From: Gammaproteobacteria bacterium UBA3067
Lineage (GTDB): Bacteria; Pseudomonadota; Gammaproteobacteria; Pseudomonadales; UBA3067
DNA: 64,000 bases
Assembly: GCA_002366835.1 (NCBI GenBank)
Contig: DFBZ01000147.1
Coordinates: 13,649-77,648, forward strand
Reading direction: 5' to 3'
Below are positions 10,282 to 20,449 of the stretch, piece after piece (positions within the stretch are counted from its first letter, which is position 1; every line of letters starts with the position of its first letter). The position numbers and the translations under genes were made by a program. The notes beneath the pieces were generated by a model. That model made no database searches, was not told the origin of the DNA, and worked only from the letters and a program-made list of their open reading frames with translations.

Positions 10282-10984
10282 AATACCCCTGAACCAAGTC
10301 TACCCCTAGATCAGAGACAAAACCAAACTCCTCTTTGGTTTCAACCCCTTCTACGATCAATGTACAACCGAGCTTGTCTGTTAATGATTTAACGCTTTCA
10401 ATAAACAGGCGCTTTTTATTATCTTTATTAACATCATGAACAAAGTATCCATCAAGCTTGACATAGTCCGGCTCGATATCAAACCACTTCCTCATGCCGG
10501 AATATCCCGCTCCAAAGTCATCTATTGCTACCTCAACACCCATTGTACGATACGTATCAAGGGCTGAAATTAAGCGGGAGAAGTCTTTGCTCGGAAAGTG
10601 TTCAGTAACTTCAATGACGATTTTTTCTGGGGAAACACCCTGTGCCTCACCCAGTATTAGCAAAGTATCCATTTCATCGGAAAATGAAGTAATTGAATCG
10701 GGAGAAAGGTTAATGAATATTTTTTCAGACCCTCTTGCTCGTTGAAAACGATGCAGGGCTAGCGAACTGCTTATTTTATCCAAGGCCTGTAAACGGCCTT
10801 TTTTGAAAGCGTATGCAAAGAGTGCGACAGGTTCGTGTAATTCGCTTTTACGCGGACCTCTCGCCAAAGCCTCATAACCAAAAACCTTACTTTCTCTCAG
10901 TGAGAATATTACTTGGAATAGCGTTGAAAGCTGTTTTTTATCCAGAATGGTTTCTAGTTGCCCTGCCCACTTAGCATTATTCAT
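10250..10984 (-). CDS. Stand-alone EAL-domain protein (putative c-di-GMP phosphodiesterase)
   Basis: 244 aa with the complete EAL motif set: YEALARGP, NLSP, EVTE, DDFGAGYSG, KLDGYF, EGVET, QGYF. No sensor domain is present. Confidence 0.85.
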   Translation of the reverse strand: MNNAKWAGQLETILDKKQLSTLFQVIFSLRESKVFGYEALARGPRKSELHEPVALFAYAFKKGRLQALDKISSSLALHRFQRARGSEKIFINLSPDSITSFSDEMDTLLILGEAQGVSPEKIVIEVTEHFPSKDFSRLISALDTYRTMGVEVAIDDFGAGYSGMRKWFDIEPDYVKLDGYFVHDVNKDNKKRLFIESVKSLTDKLGCTLIVEGVETKEEFGFVSDLGVDLVQGYFIGYPQPLGC

Positions 10985-11132
10985 TATTATTTTCCCTGTT
11001 AACAGAAACCTTATCTTGCGCCGCTAAAAATAGATTGAAAACTGTGTTGCGGTACAACATTAACAGGGAGCGTTCCTAAAAAAGCAGAAGCAGGCCAACT
11101 TTTATCCAACAAGTAGCTATTTCATAATACGC

Positions 11133-12773
11133 TTATAAAACCAGACTACGTATATCTGCCAGGTACTCTGATAGGGTTCGTGTAAAACGTGCGCCCTCTG
11201 CACCGTCAATAACGCGATGATCGTAAGACAAACTTAGCGGCAACCACAGCCTTGGCTGTAATTCCTTATTTATATAGGTGGGGCGCAATTCGCTTCTGGA
11301 TACGCCCAAAATAGCCACTTCTGGCCAATTCACAATGGGGGTAAATTTTGTTCCACCTAGACCACCGAGTGAAGAAATTGAAAAAGTGGCTCCTTGCATA
11401 TCTGCGGGTTTTAATTTTTTATTGCGCGCTTTTTCTGCCAGAGAAATAATTTCAATAGCAATTTCTTTTACGCCTTTTTTATCGGCATCTTTCACCACCG
11501 GCACCACCAGCCCATCGGGCGTTTCTACGGCAATGCCAATATGGAAATAATTTTTCCGTATCAGATTTTCACCAGAATTATCGAGAGAGCTATTAAAATC
11601 GGGGTATTTTTTCAACGCTGCAACACTTGCTTTGACTAAAAATGCCAGTAGTGTCAGTTTGTAGCCTTCTGCTTTTGCCGCATTGCCTTGGGCGCGACGA
11701 AAGCCTTCAAGGTCAGTAATGTCTGCATCGTCAAATTGCGTTACCTGGGGAATCGTATTCCAGCTTCGCAATAAGTTCTTAGCACTTACTTTTTGAATTC
11801 GGCTGCGGGGAATCAGTTCTGTTTCGCCAAAGCGCGTAAAATCAATTTCCGGCAAGGGTTCAGACAAACTGGGCGCCCCAGCGGCAGTGGATGCTTGCGA
11901 GAGGCGTTCTTTGGTGAAGGCCATCAAGTCTTCTTTTAGGATGCGTTCCTTTGGCCCAGAGCCTTGCACTTTTGACAGTTCAATGCCAAATTCTCTGGCT
12001 ATTCGACGTACCGCTGGGCCAGCATGAACGCTTTGCGTCTCTACACTTAGTTCCGCACTGCCCGGTTTGTTGCTGCTTGTTTTTTTACTGGCTGCTGCAG
12101 ACACTTGAGGTATAACTGGCTGAACCACTTCCTCTTTAGCCGGTTTATTATTTCCCACCGAAACTGTGGAGTCTGAAGCAAGCTCGACTTCTATTTCTGC
12201 AAGTTTGTCACCCTGTTTTAGTTTGTCGCCAATTTTTACCCACAGCTTTTGAATTTTCCCTGACTGCGGGGCGGGTACTTCCATGCTTGCTTTATCGGAC
12301 TCTAAAACAGCAATGCTGCCGTCAACATCTATTTGCTGCCCTACCTCGGCTAGCTCGATCACTTCGGCGCTATCAGTGCCAATGTCCGGCACCGTCACTG
12401 AAATAACTAAAAAGCCGGAATTATTTTTTTCAGTGCTTACCGCTTCACCCTTTGAAGCCTCTATATTTGGCAAGCTCTCACTGACGTCTTCTGGTTTTTC
12501 AGAAGCGTCTTTTGCATCTATATCTACGCTACTTTCTCCCTCGATCAAGTTCAGCAGCACATCTCCCTGGCTAACCTTATCGCCCAGTTTAATATGCAGT
12601 GATTCAATTTTTCCGGCATGGGAGGCAGGAACCTCGATGGTGGCCTTATCTGACTCCATCACAGCGATGATGTCATCTATATTCACTTCATCACCTACCG
12701 CAACATTAATTTCGATGACCTCGACGGGGGCATCAACACCCATATCAGGCACTAACACTGGCTGCACTGACAC
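11133..12773 (-). CDS. aceF: Pyruvate dehydrogenase E2, dihydrolipoyllysine-residue acetyltransferase
   Basis: Two lipoyl domains (VMESDKATIEVPA, VLESDKASMEVPA), an E3-binding segment (PAVRRIAREFGIEL), and the catalytic motif SYDHRVIDGA. GTG start preceded by AAGGAG. Confidence 0.95.
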   Translation of the reverse strand: MSVQPVLVPDMGVDAPVEVIEINVAVGDEVNIDDIIAVMESDKATIEVPASHAGKIESLHIKLGDKVSQGDVLLNLIEGESSVDIDAKDASEKPEDVSESLPNIEASKGEAVSTEKNNSGFLVISVTVPDIGTDSAEVIELAEVGQQIDVDGSIAVLESDKASMEVPAPQSGKIQKLWVKIGDKLKQGDKLAEIEVELASDSTVSVGNNKPAKEEVVQPVIPQVSAAASKKTSSNKPGSAELSVETQSVHAGPAVRRIAREFGIELSKVQGSGPKERILKEDLMAFTKERLSQASTAAGAPSLSEPLPEIDFTRFGETELIPRSRIQKVSAKNLLRSWNTIPQVTQFDDADITDLEGFRRAQGNAAKAEGYKLTLLAFLVKASVAALKKYPDFNSSLDNSGENLIRKNYFHIGIAVETPDGLVVPVVKDADKKGVKEIAIEIISLAEKARNKKLKPADMQGATFSISSLGGLGGTKFTPIVNWPEVAILGVSRSELRPTYINKELQPRLWLPLSLSYDHRVIDGAEGARFTRTLSEYLADIRSLVL

Positions 12774-12839
12774 GATATTTCTCCTTATATTAATTGTACG
12801 GTTTGCTGCTAGGCATATTTCAGGTGATCATTAACTCAA

Positions 12840-13030
12840 GTTTCGAGGGTTAAAAAAGCTCGAAACCACCCTGCATATACCACCTTTCAAACCCAACATC
12901 ACATTCTTAATCATAGCGCCTACATGAAGGGTTAGAGGCTTATTTAATTCCGTCGCGCCAAAATTGAAACGACAAAGTGTATTTCAAAATTGTTGGGTTT
13001 CACTTTGTTCAACCGAAGCTACACGTCGTA
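12840..13030. repeat. REP-like structured insert in the aceE-aceF spacer
   Basis: Hairpin GTTTCGAG (12840-12847) / CTCGAAAC (12859-12866). Long-range inverted repeat AAACCCAACA (12889-12898) / TGTTGGGTTT (12991-13000). The spacer is 314 bp. Confidence 0.4.
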
Positions 13031-13087
13031 CCTTCCGTGGTTTGCAGATGATTTTTTTCAAAAATATGAACTCCGTAATTTGAGCCA

Positions 13088-15751
13088 TTAACTATGCAAA
13101 GGGTCTGGTTTTTCCGGATTAATACCATATTTTTTTATAGCTTCTGTCACTATGGAATTTTCTAGCTTGCCTTGTTCTGCCAGTTCTTTTAGTGCTGCGA
13201 TAACAACAAAATACCGATCCACTTCAAAAAACTCGCGCAGTTTATTGCGGCTATCGCTACGCCCGAATCCATCTGTGCCTAATACGCAGTAATCTTTGTT
13301 TATGAATGGTCTGATTTGCTCTGCATAATTTTTTATATGATCTGTCGCGGCCACCACGGGCATATCTGTACCGTTAAGGTTTTCACTCACCAAACAGCTA
13401 CGCGGTGTTTCTTCTGGGTGCAGTAAATTCCAGCGTTCAGCAGAAGCCCCCTGTTTGCGTAATTCATTAAAACTGGTGACACTCCAGATCTCAGCACTGA
13501 TGCCGTAATCCGCCTTCAGCAAGTCAGCCGCAGCCATGACTTCAAGTAATATAGCGCCGCTACCCAGTAGCTGCACGGACATTTCTCCGGCAGACGCATC
13601 GAGCTCCTTGAGGCGATACATGCCGTCAATAATTCCCTGCTCTGCACCTTCCGGCATTTCAGGGTGGGCGTAGTTTTCATTCATCAAGGTGATGTAATAA
13701 AACACATTTTCCTGGTCAGCATACATGCGCTGCAAGCCGTGACGAATAATAACCGCGAGTTCAAAGGCAAAACTCGGATCGTAACTCACGCAGTTGGGAA
13801 TCGTGGAGGCGAGTATATGGCTGTGGCCATCCTGGTGCTGTAAGCCCTCGCCATTAAGGGTGGTGCGTCCAGAAGTTGCGCCCAGCAAGAAACCCCGCGC
13901 TTGCGAATCTCCTGCTGCCCAAGCCAAGTCACCGATGCGCTGAAACCCAAACATGGAGTAGAAAATATAAAACGGAATCATGGTGCAGCCATGGTTGGCA
14001 TAGGAAGTGGCGGCGGCTGTCCACGCCGCAAAGGCTCCGGCTTCGTTAATTCCCTCTTCCAGTATGCGGCCTTTCTGGTCTTCTTTATAAAACATCATCT
14101 GGCCGGCATCTTCCGGCTCGTATAATTGGCCTTCGGTAGAATATATTCCAAGCTGTCGAAACATGCCTTCCATACCAAAGGTACGCGCTTCATCTGGCAC
14201 GATGGGGACTATTTTTTCGCCGAGGTTTTTATCTTTTGTGAGTGTGGACAGTATTCTCACAAATGCCATGGTGGTGGATAAGGTGCGCTCACCCGAGCCT
14301 AGCAAGTGCGATTGAAAATCCGAAAGTGGTGGAATTTCCAGTTTGTCACATTGTGAGCGGCGTGCTGGCAAATATCCACCTAGTGCCTCGCGGCGTGCTT
14401 TTAGATAGCGAATTTCAGGGCTTTCATCACCGGGGTGGTAGTAGGGCAAACCTTCCAGCTCGGCATCAGAAAAAGGCATGCTGTAGCGATCACGAAAGTT
14501 CTTGAGAGTTTCCAAATCCATCTTTTTCATGGAGTGGGTTTTGTTGCTGGCTTCCCCTGGCCCCAGACCATAACCCTTTACGGTTTTTGCCAGAATAACC
14601 GTTGGTTTGCCATTTGCTTTTACGGCTTTGGCGTAGGCTGCATATACCTTGTAAGGATCATGGCCGCCTCGGTTCAGGTGGAATATCTGCTCATCAGTCA
14701 TATCACTGACACGGGCTTTTAACTCGGGGTATTTGCCAAAAAAGTGCTCTCTTGTATAGGCCCCGCCACGGTTTTTGTAGGTTTGGTATTCACCATCCAC
14801 CACTTCCATCATGCGTTTTTTGAGTAAGCCATCGTGATCTTCTTCGAGTAAACGGTCCCATAAACGCCCCCAAACCACTTTGATAACATTCCAGCCTGCG
14901 CCACGAAAAGCACCTTCTAGCTCCTGAATAATTTTACCGTTTCCCCTCACCGGCCCATCCAGCCGCTGCAAGTTACAGTTAACAACAAAAATCAGGTTGT
15001 CGAGTTTTTCTCGCCCCGCCAGAGATATTGCGCCGAGAGATTCTGGCTCATCGGTTTCACCGTCACCAAGAAAAGCCCAGACCTTTCGATCATCCGCTTT
15101 AATTAGCTCGCGGTTATCCAGATACTTCATAACGTGGGCTTGATAAATCGCCTGCAAAGGCCCCAAACCCATAGAAACGGTAGGAAATTGCCAAAAGTCA
15201 GGCATCAGCCAAGGATGGGGATAAGAGGAAAGCCCTCCTCCATCTACCTCACGGCGAAATCTTTCCAACTGGGCTTCACTCATTCGCCCTTCAAGAAAAG
15301 CACGGGAGTACATTCCCGGTGCTGAATGGCCTTGTATATACAGCAAGTCCCCTGATGAGTGCTCATTGGGGCCCTTGAAGAAGTAGTTAAAACCGACATC
15401 ATAGAGGGTGGCTGAAGAAGCAAAGGTTGAAATATGCCCACCCACATCGGGATCTTTTTCATTGGCGCGCATCACCATGACCAGCGCATTCCAGCGAATC
15501 AATGAACGAATTCGGCGCTCCATGTGCATGTCGCCGGGCATCCGCTCTTCGTCTTTACGCTGGATGGTATTGGTGTAAGGTGTGGTGACACGTTTAAAGG
15601 GAACCCCTTCCAACCTGGCAGTGTCCACCAGACGCTTCAAAATATAGGTGGCGCGCTCTGTCCCCTCGTGCTTAATCAGGGACTTTATTGCATCCAGCCA
15701 TTCTGCGGTTTCCTGCGGATCGAGGTCTTCAATAGAGGGGGTTTCGCTCAT
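13088..15751 (-). CDS. aceE: Pyruvate dehydrogenase E1 component (homodimeric type)
   Basis: 887 aa with N-terminal DPQETAEWLDA and the ThDP-binding region FLGDGETDEPES. Length and position directly upstream of aceF support the call. Confidence 0.96.
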   Translation of the reverse strand: MSETPSIEDLDPQETAEWLDAIKSLIKHEGTERATYILKRLVDTARLEGVPFKRVTTPYTNTIQRKDEERMPGDMHMERRIRSLIRWNALVMVMRANEKDPDVGGHISTFASSATLYDVGFNYFFKGPNEHSSGDLLYIQGHSAPGMYSRAFLEGRMSEAQLERFRREVDGGGLSSYPHPWLMPDFWQFPTVSMGLGPLQAIYQAHVMKYLDNRELIKADDRKVWAFLGDGETDEPESLGAISLAGREKLDNLIFVVNCNLQRLDGPVRGNGKIIQELEGAFRGAGWNVIKVVWGRLWDRLLEEDHDGLLKKRMMEVVDGEYQTYKNRGGAYTREHFFGKYPELKARVSDMTDEQIFHLNRGGHDPYKVYAAYAKAVKANGKPTVILAKTVKGYGLGPGEASNKTHSMKKMDLETLKNFRDRYSMPFSDAELEGLPYYHPGDESPEIRYLKARREALGGYLPARRSQCDKLEIPPLSDFQSHLLGSGERTLSTTMAFVRILSTLTKDKNLGEKIVPIVPDEARTFGMEGMFRQLGIYSTEGQLYEPEDAGQMMFYKEDQKGRILEEGINEAGAFAAWTAAATSYANHGCTMIPFYIFYSMFGFQRIGDLAWAAGDSQARGFLLGATSGRTTLNGEGLQHQDGHSHILASTIPNCVSYDPSFAFELAVIIRHGLQRMYADQENVFYYITLMNENYAHPEMPEGAEQGIIDGMYRLKELDASAGEMSVQLLGSGAILLEVMAAADLLKADYGISAEIWSVTSFNELRKQGASAERWNLLHPEETPRSCLVSENLNGTDMPVVAATDHIKNYAEQIRPFINKDYCVLGTDGFGRSDSRNKLREFFEVDRYFVVIAALKELAEQGKLENSIVTEAIKKYGINPEKPDPLHS

Positions 15752-15952
15752 GGAGAAATATCCTTTTTTACTTCTTAGGCGCTTTCCTAAATAATATTTT
15801 ATTCCTTAACCAAATAGCTATTCAGCAATTTCCGCAGCTGTTTAAATAGTAGGCGCAAATTGAATTATGACCATTCTTATTTGAAAGTATAGGTGCATAA
15901 GTTTGATAAATCTTTCAAAAACAAGGATCTTGAAACAAAGGGGTAATTCAGG

Positions 15953-16579
15953 CTAATTCTTCAGGTTTTCTTTTAGCGCATTGAAATATTTAGACCAATC
16001 AAATTCAGGGCCCGGATCAGTTTTTCTCTGGTAGGCAATGTGCTGGTGCCCACAAATTTTATCCGCTGTAATGCGCGGATAATGACGCATTAATGAAATA
16101 GTGATGGAGGTGAGCTGTTCATACTGTTCAGGCGTAAACGCCTGGTCGTCGCTTCCTTCCAACTCTATGCCAATGGAAAAGTCATTGCAACGCTCTTTCC
16201 CCCTGAAGTGCGATTGCCCAGCGTGCCAGGCGCGTTGATAAAAGGGGACAAACTGAATGATGTCGCCATTGCGACGAATAAATAAATGGGCGGAAACCTC
16301 TAGCTGATAGATTTCCTGAAAATATGGATGGTCTTCAGGGTTAAGGCAATTGGTAAAAAGTTGCTGCACGTAATCCCCGCCGAATTTACCCGGCGGTAAA
16401 CTAATATTGTGAATCACCAGCAGGCTTATATCTGCCTCGTTAGCACGCGCATCGCAATTCGGTGAGCAAATAAATGTCGCTGAGCCCAAGATGCCCTTTT
16501 CTATGAAAGCAGTTTTTATTTTATTAATTCCACTGAAGTTATTATTAACTCTTTGTTTCCTTTGCATTACGCAAGTCAC
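15953..16579 (-). CDS. ampD: 1,6-anhydro-N-acetylmuramyl-L-alanine amidase AmpD
   Basis: Matches E. coli AmpD blocks LLVIHNISLPPGKFGG, RAWHAG, CNDFSIGIELEG and RKTDPGP. The true start may be the second Met (16567). Confidence 0.9.
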   Translation of the reverse strand: MTCVMQRKQRVNNNFSGINKIKTAFIEKGILGSATFICSPNCDARANEADISLLVIHNISLPPGKFGGDYVQQLFTNCLNPEDHPYFQEIYQLEVSAHLFIRRNGDIIQFVPFYQRAWHAGQSHFRGKERCNDFSIGIELEGSDDQAFTPEQYEQLTSITISLMRHYPRITADKICGHQHIAYQRKTDPGPEFDWSKYFNALKENLKN

Positions 16580-18887
16580 TCACAACGGATTGCAAGGCCC
16601 TGTCAAAAAGCTGGGTCTCTTTTAGCACTCTCATCTCAGCAGAGACCAGCGCGTCCACCAGGCTGCTTCGGTTACGCTCCATCACCTTTTCACCCCGGCG
16701 ATTTACAAAAATATATTTATTGTATCCTGTTAAATGCGCCGCTAGTTTACAGCGGTATTTCCCGTCCGCCTCCTTATTATGCACTTCGAACCATACCCCG
16801 AGATTAAGCTGATCCACCAAAATCTCGGCCTCATGCCGTTCAAGCCCAACTTGCTCAGCGTTAGCGGCCTTGTTTGCAGATACTGGCGTTTCCAAATCTG
16901 CGGAAGCGTTTACGGGCTGATCTTTATGAGCCACCCCGTCTTCGTCAGGCACACCGAGCTTACTATTTGATTTATTCATGATTTGACGGGTGATGGATGC
17001 GATATCCCCGCTTATTGCTTCGGAGGAAGCCTCGGCACCCGCCTCCTGAGGCTCGTCATTGTCCGCAACAGAAATCGGCTTACTTACACGGGTAGATTCT
17101 TGTTCCTTTATTGGCTCTCTTTGCATACCAAAAATTGCCAGATGCTCCTGCTCAAGCTCCGTGAGTATTTCGCTCAGCGCAAATGACTCAAAGTTTATAG
17201 TTGCAAGCCCTTCCTTAAGTTTTTCAATCAAGTGGGGAACAAGTTGAAGCAAACGCTGGCGCGCTGCCCTGTCTTTATCTGGTTGAACACTCCAAATTAA
17301 CTCTTCCGCAGTGAGTAGGTAATCCCCCCAGTTTTGTCCGGGCACACCTTCTTTTAGCAGGGTAACAAGCATAAGATTGTTCCATCCCTCTTGGAGTAAT
17401 CGCTCTACGACGGGAGGGATCACTTTTTTTTCTTTTAGTAACCCTACGTTCTGGGAAATAACTGAACGAGCCAGCTCGACCTTCTCCTGCCCCTCTGATG
17501 CAATTCGGGAACGCTGCTCCATCTCGTCCGCCCGTGCTTGAGTGCGTTTATAAAAAAGCATTAAATCATTATATGCATTTTCAAATACGGATACATCCTC
17601 CTTAAATGCTCGGATAATACGCTGAGTGATTTCCTCTACCTTTGTATAGAGCACGTTGCGCGCCATTTCTGACTTATTAGTATCGCTGCTCCCTAGCTTG
17701 GCAAGCTCATTGACAAGAGCGCGGCCAACGTGTTCCCGCTCTACAAAAAGAGAGCTATCAACAAGCCCTAATTTAACCAAAGGAATCTGTAATCGACTCA
17801 ATGGTGCTTTAACCAGGTCAGCCAAAGCGGGGTCGTCTAATATAGCATTGAACAACTTTTCAACCAAAGCAATCACTTCTTCATCGTCTTTGGATAAAAC
17901 GCCGCCTTCATAATAATCTTGACGCTCAGCAAGAACCTGACGAACCTGCTCACGAATATCAACTCGGGAAATTCGCGCATCTAAGTCCGTTGGCACAGGA
18001 ATATTCCTTTGCATTGATGAAAGAATTTCCAGTAGTTCCTGCTGGGGTAGCACGTTTCCCTGGCCTGCATTCGGCTTTTCTTCTACACCTTCATTCGTAT
18101 CGGAATCGTGCTTCAGTAATTGTTGCAAATGAGAAAAAACCTCGGCATCTTCTTCAGGAGAAGAGCCTAGCTTTCGGTCGGACTTTCCTCCTACACCAGG
18201 GTAAGACTCTTCATTCACACTCGAAGACATTTGCGCATTAAAGTCTGGCAAAACCCCCGCCTCAGCAAGACTGGCATTCACCTGCTGAAGAAGGCTCGGC
18301 AAAACACGAATCACATTTCTGTCAAATAGTTTAAACAGAACGTTTCTAGATTTGTCATCAAGATTGAGGAGGTGAGATGCTCGATTAAAATACTCACAAA
18401 GGTTCTTAGGTGATAAGGCATTATTGGCGTCTACCACTTGAAAATCATCGCTCAGGGCATCAAAGCGTACTGCCACCTTATAAAGCTCTGCACCATGTGC
18501 CGCTTTGAATTTTCGATCAATTCGATTGACCGCATCTTCCAGACCGCCCACGGATTTATCCAAAAGCACTGGCGGGGCATCCACTGCCTGCTCTCCAGAC
18601 TCAATAGAAAAACACATCGTACGGAAGCCATTTTCAATATTTTGCCGAAACGATTGCTCTACACCCCGGCGACCAACACGCACATCTCTCATGGCTTCAA
18701 AATATACGTTTTGCTCAGAGTTACTTTTAGCCTCTTCAGCCAGATCAAAAAAGTGATCATCCACGGCATCAAGCAACCTGAGAACAGCCGCATCGAGCTG
18801 ATCCACGGACAGCTCGACAATGCTTTGTAGCAGCGGAGGCAAGATAACCTTTATTTTGTTTAACGAAGGGCCGGAGAAATCCGTCAT
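16545..18887 (-). CDS. DUF1631 family protein
   Basis: 780 aa. The N-terminal region (LDAVDDHFFDLAEEAKSNSEQNVYFEAMRDVR) is typical of DUF1631. Adjacency to ampD is as in Pseudomonas, recalled from memory. Confidence 0.75.
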   Translation of the reverse strand: MTDFSGPSLNKIKVILPPLLQSIVELSVDQLDAAVLRLLDAVDDHFFDLAEEAKSNSEQNVYFEAMRDVRVGRRGVEQSFRQNIENGFRTMCFSIESGEQAVDAPPVLLDKSVGGLEDAVNRIDRKFKAAHGAELYKVAVRFDALSDDFQVVDANNALSPKNLCEYFNRASHLLNLDDKSRNVLFKLFDRNVIRVLPSLLQQVNASLAEAGVLPDFNAQMSSSVNEESYPGVGGKSDRKLGSSPEEDAEVFSHLQQLLKHDSDTNEGVEEKPNAGQGNVLPQQELLEILSSMQRNIPVPTDLDARISRVDIREQVRQVLAERQDYYEGGVLSKDDEEVIALVEKLFNAILDDPALADLVKAPLSRLQIPLVKLGLVDSSLFVEREHVGRALVNELAKLGSSDTNKSEMARNVLYTKVEEITQRIIRAFKEDVSVFENAYNDLMLFYKRTQARADEMEQRSRIASEGQEKVELARSVISQNVGLLKEKKVIPPVVERLLQEGWNNLMLVTLLKEGVPGQNWGDYLLTAEELIWSVQPDKDRAARQRLLQLVPHLIEKLKEGLATINFESFALSEILTELEQEHLAIFGMQREPIKEQESTRVSKPISVADNDEPQEAGAEASSEAISGDIASITRQIMNKSNSKLGVPDEDGVAHKDQPVNASADLETPVSANKAANAEQVGLERHEAEILVDQLNLGVWFEVHNKEADGKYRCKLAAHLTGYNKYIFVNRRGEKVMERNRSSLVDALVSAEMRVLKETQLFDRALQSVVSDLRNAKETKS

Positions 18888-19246
18888 ACTAAAATAACTA
18901 CCTGTTTATATTGAAGTAACTCTAACAACCTCACCCCAGACAAAGGCGTTAACCCTAGCATAATGGCTCAACACGAAAGCTCTGCTAAGATTAAGAGGAA
19001 CCTAAGCACAAGGTGACAGGCCGTTGACCGACCCATGTTTAAGAGTAGCGTTATTCCGAAAACACTGCAGGGAATCTCGTCACTTTGCCACCCTAAGGCA
19101 ATACTCCCTTGCCTCAACCTGGGTGAAGGGCAAAGACAAACAAAACCCTACTTTTATACTGGCTTAAAGATGCCTATACCTGGGAACTTATATAATGCTA
19201 GGCTGCCTAATTACCTTCAAAACATACCAAAAGCCGACATAAGCAT

Positions 19247-20440
19247 ATGACAGACAACTCCAATTCTTATTTAGCTAGTTTTTTCAAACTCGAATCTGCC
19301 GGTGGCATCCTCCTGATGTTCTCGGCGCTGCTTGCCATCATCCTTGCCAACTCTCCCCTGCAATCCTATTACGCTCTCTTCCTCGATACGCCGGTTGAGG
19401 TACGCGTTGGGCAATTGGAAATCGCAAAACCACTCCTGCTATGGATTAACGATGGCCTAATGGCTGTTTTCTTTTTCCTGGTGGGGCTTGAGTTGAAACG
19501 AGAACTGATAGAAGGCGAGTTATCCGATAAGAAAAATATTATCTTGCCCGGTGTTGGCGCCATCGGAGGCATGGCAGTACCCGCGCTTTTTTATATCTAT
19601 TTTAACAAGGATAACGACATCGCAATGCAGGGCTGGGCCATACCCGCCGCCACTGACATAGCATTTGCGCTGGGGGTTTTATCCTTACTAGGCTCAAGAG
19701 TGCCGGTGAGCTTAAAGATTTTCCTCTCATCACTGGCCATATTTGATGATATAGGGGCCATTGTAATTATCGCCGCGTTTTACACCGCTAAAATTTCTAC
19801 AGCGGCTCTGATAATTGCGGGCTTATGCATACCCATTCTTTTTCTTTTCAACAAGCGCAAGTATGCCAGCCCCACCCCGTATATTTTAGTCGGCCTGATT
19901 ATGTGGACCGCAATGTTAAAATCAGGCGTTCATGCCACCTTAGCGGGTGTAGTTTTAGCCATGTTTATCCCTATCCGCTCTACATCTAAATCCCACCCCT
20001 CGCCGCTGAAAGAACTGGAACACGACCTTCACCCTGTGGTGGCGTTTTTTGTTTTACCTGTCTTTGCATTTGCCAATGCAGGCATCAATATTTCAGGCGT
20101 TGGTACAGAGCAGCTATTACACAGCGTCCCTTTGGGCATCACCGTTGGCCTTTTTATCGGCAAGCAAGTCGGCGTTTTTAGCCTGTGCTGGCTGGCCATA
20201 AAATTAAACTGGTGCAGTCTGCCCAAAGGAATGAGCTGGGCTTCGCTATACGGCATGGCTGCTTTGTGTGGTATCGGTTTTACAATGAGTTTATTTATTG
20301 GCTCATTAGCATTTGAAGACATTGGCGTAAACCGGATGTTTGACGAACGGCTGGGCATTATCCTTGGCTCAGTCTTATCGGGTGTGGTTGGTTATTTGGT
20401 ATTGAGCAAAAGTCTTCCGCCAAAAACCGATCAAGCTTAA
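19247..20440 (+). CDS. nhaA: Na+/H+ antiporter NhaA
   Basis: 397 aa, polytopic. Signature [14 protein letters not shown] and [11 protein letters not shown]. Confidence 0.93.
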   Translation: MTDNSNSYLASFFKLESAGGILLMFSALLAIILANSPLQSYYALFLDTPVEVRVGQLEIAKPLLLWINDGLMAVFFFLVGLELKRELIEGELSDKKNIILPGVGAIGGMAVPALFYIYFNKDNDIAMQGWAIPAATDIAFALGVLSLLGSRVPVSLKIFLSSLAIFDDIGAIVIIAAFYTAKISTAALIIAGLCIPILFLFNKRKYASPTPYILVGLIMWTAMLKSGVHATLAGVVLAMFIPIRSTSKSHPSPLKELEHDLHPVVAFFVLPVFAFANAGINISGVGTEQLLHSVPLGITVGLFIGKQVGVFSLCWLAIKLNWCSLPKGMSWASLYGMAALCGIGFTMSLFIGSLAFEDIGVNRMFDERLGIILGSVLSGVVGYLVLSKSLPPKTDQA

Positions 20441-20449
20441 GGGGCAACT

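Noticed and set aside
12283-12834. 183-aa ORF on the + strand, antisense to aceF.
   Set aside because: It is Ser/Thr/Pro-rich and low-complexity, and it lies entirely within the well-supported aceF gene. This is a typical shadow ORF. The same applies to the many 60-150-aa antisense ORFs inside the RND, aceE, kinase, dapE and molybdoenzyme genes.
19035-19250. 71-aa ORF ending at the nhaA start.
   Set aside because: There are no recognisable features. It lies in the nhaA/DUF1631 divergent promoter region and is likely spurious.
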